NCBI GenBank assembly: GCA_048938005.1
Contig: JBHLMQ010000061.1
Location: 1 to 16,449 of the forward strand
Source: Promethearchaeota archaeon
GTDB lineage: Archaea > Asgardarchaeota > Lokiarchaeia > Sigyniarchaeales > SOKP01
Direction: 5' to 3'
DNA length: 16,449 bases
Part shown: positions 16,103 through 16,449 of the stretch, in pieces
How positions within the stretch are numbered: the stretch's first letter is position 1
How the letters are laid out: every line of letters begins with the position of its first letter
The notes under the pieces: generated by a model
Databases searched by the model: none
The model's input: the letters and a program-made list of their open reading frames with translations, nothing else
Told to the model about the DNA's origin: nothing
Made by a program: the position numbers and the translations under genes

Positions 16103-16449
16103 TTATTTTTGAACTCTTTTTGCTTCTTTTTCTCTTAAAGTACGTCGTAAAATTTTACCAATTGCACTTTTTGGTAAAGAATGTACAAATTTTACTATTC
16201 TTGGATATTTATACGCTGCCATATTTTCTTTTGACCAATTAATGATATCCTCTTCCGAAATCTTATCTTTAAATTCTGGTTTTAAAATTATATGAGCCAT
16301 GATTTCTTCTCCTTTTAATGGATCACTTACACCTATTACAGCACATTCTAAGATGGCTGGATGCTCATATAGAATTTCCTCTATTTCTCTTGGATAGACT
16401 GAATGTCCTTTATATTTTATCATATCTTTTAATCTATCCAAAAGAAAAA
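16103..16449 (-). CDS. AMP-forming acyl-CoA synthetase/ligase (long-chain fatty acid-CoA ligase-like), C-terminal fragment
   Basis: The frame is open to the window end (FLLDRLKDMIKYKGHSVYPREIEEILYEHP). It contains the A8 motif DRLKDMI..KG, AVIGV.D...GEE, YKYPR and the A10 motif PKSAIGKILRR. The true start is outside the window. Confidence 0.9.
   Translation of the reverse strand, partial: FLLDRLKDMIKYKGHSVYPREIEEILYEHPAILECAVIGVSDPLKGEEIMAHIILKPEFKDKISEEDIINWSKENMAAYKYPRIVKFVHSLPKSAIGKILRRTLREKEAKRVQK

Noticed and set aside
1-16449. CRISPR array, tRNA, rRNA or riboswitch
   Set aside because: No regularly spaced repeats or GC-rich structured non-coding segments. Intergenic regions are short and AT-rich.

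Overview
AT-rich, gene-dense prokaryotic window. Protein style, oligo-T terminators and gene content suggest an anaerobic archaeon, possibly Asgard/Lokiarchaeia (inference only). Left to right: a partial secreted protein, a HAD phosphatase, a DUF998-like membrane protein, a steroid 5-alpha-reductase-family oxidoreductase, an orphan CheR methyltransferase with a basic insertion, then two co-oriented paralogues of the glycyl radical enzyme HypD (trans-4-hydroxy-L-proline dehydratase) flanking an opposite-strand 796-aa DUF362 protein with a canonical EF-hand loop. A heterodimeric ABC exporter pair and the C-terminus of an acyl-CoA ligase follow. The most unusual part is the hypD-DUF362-hypD block. 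The second hypD has a single in-frame TAA (CAA in the paralogue) that cuts off the radical-carrying C-terminus, although the downstream 53 codons are intact. The two otherwise diverged paralogues also share a perfectly identical 558-bp internal segment 5278 bp apart, and recombination across it would delete the stop and give an intact chimeric enzyme. No activating enzyme, RNA gene, CRISPR array or mobile element was recognised.
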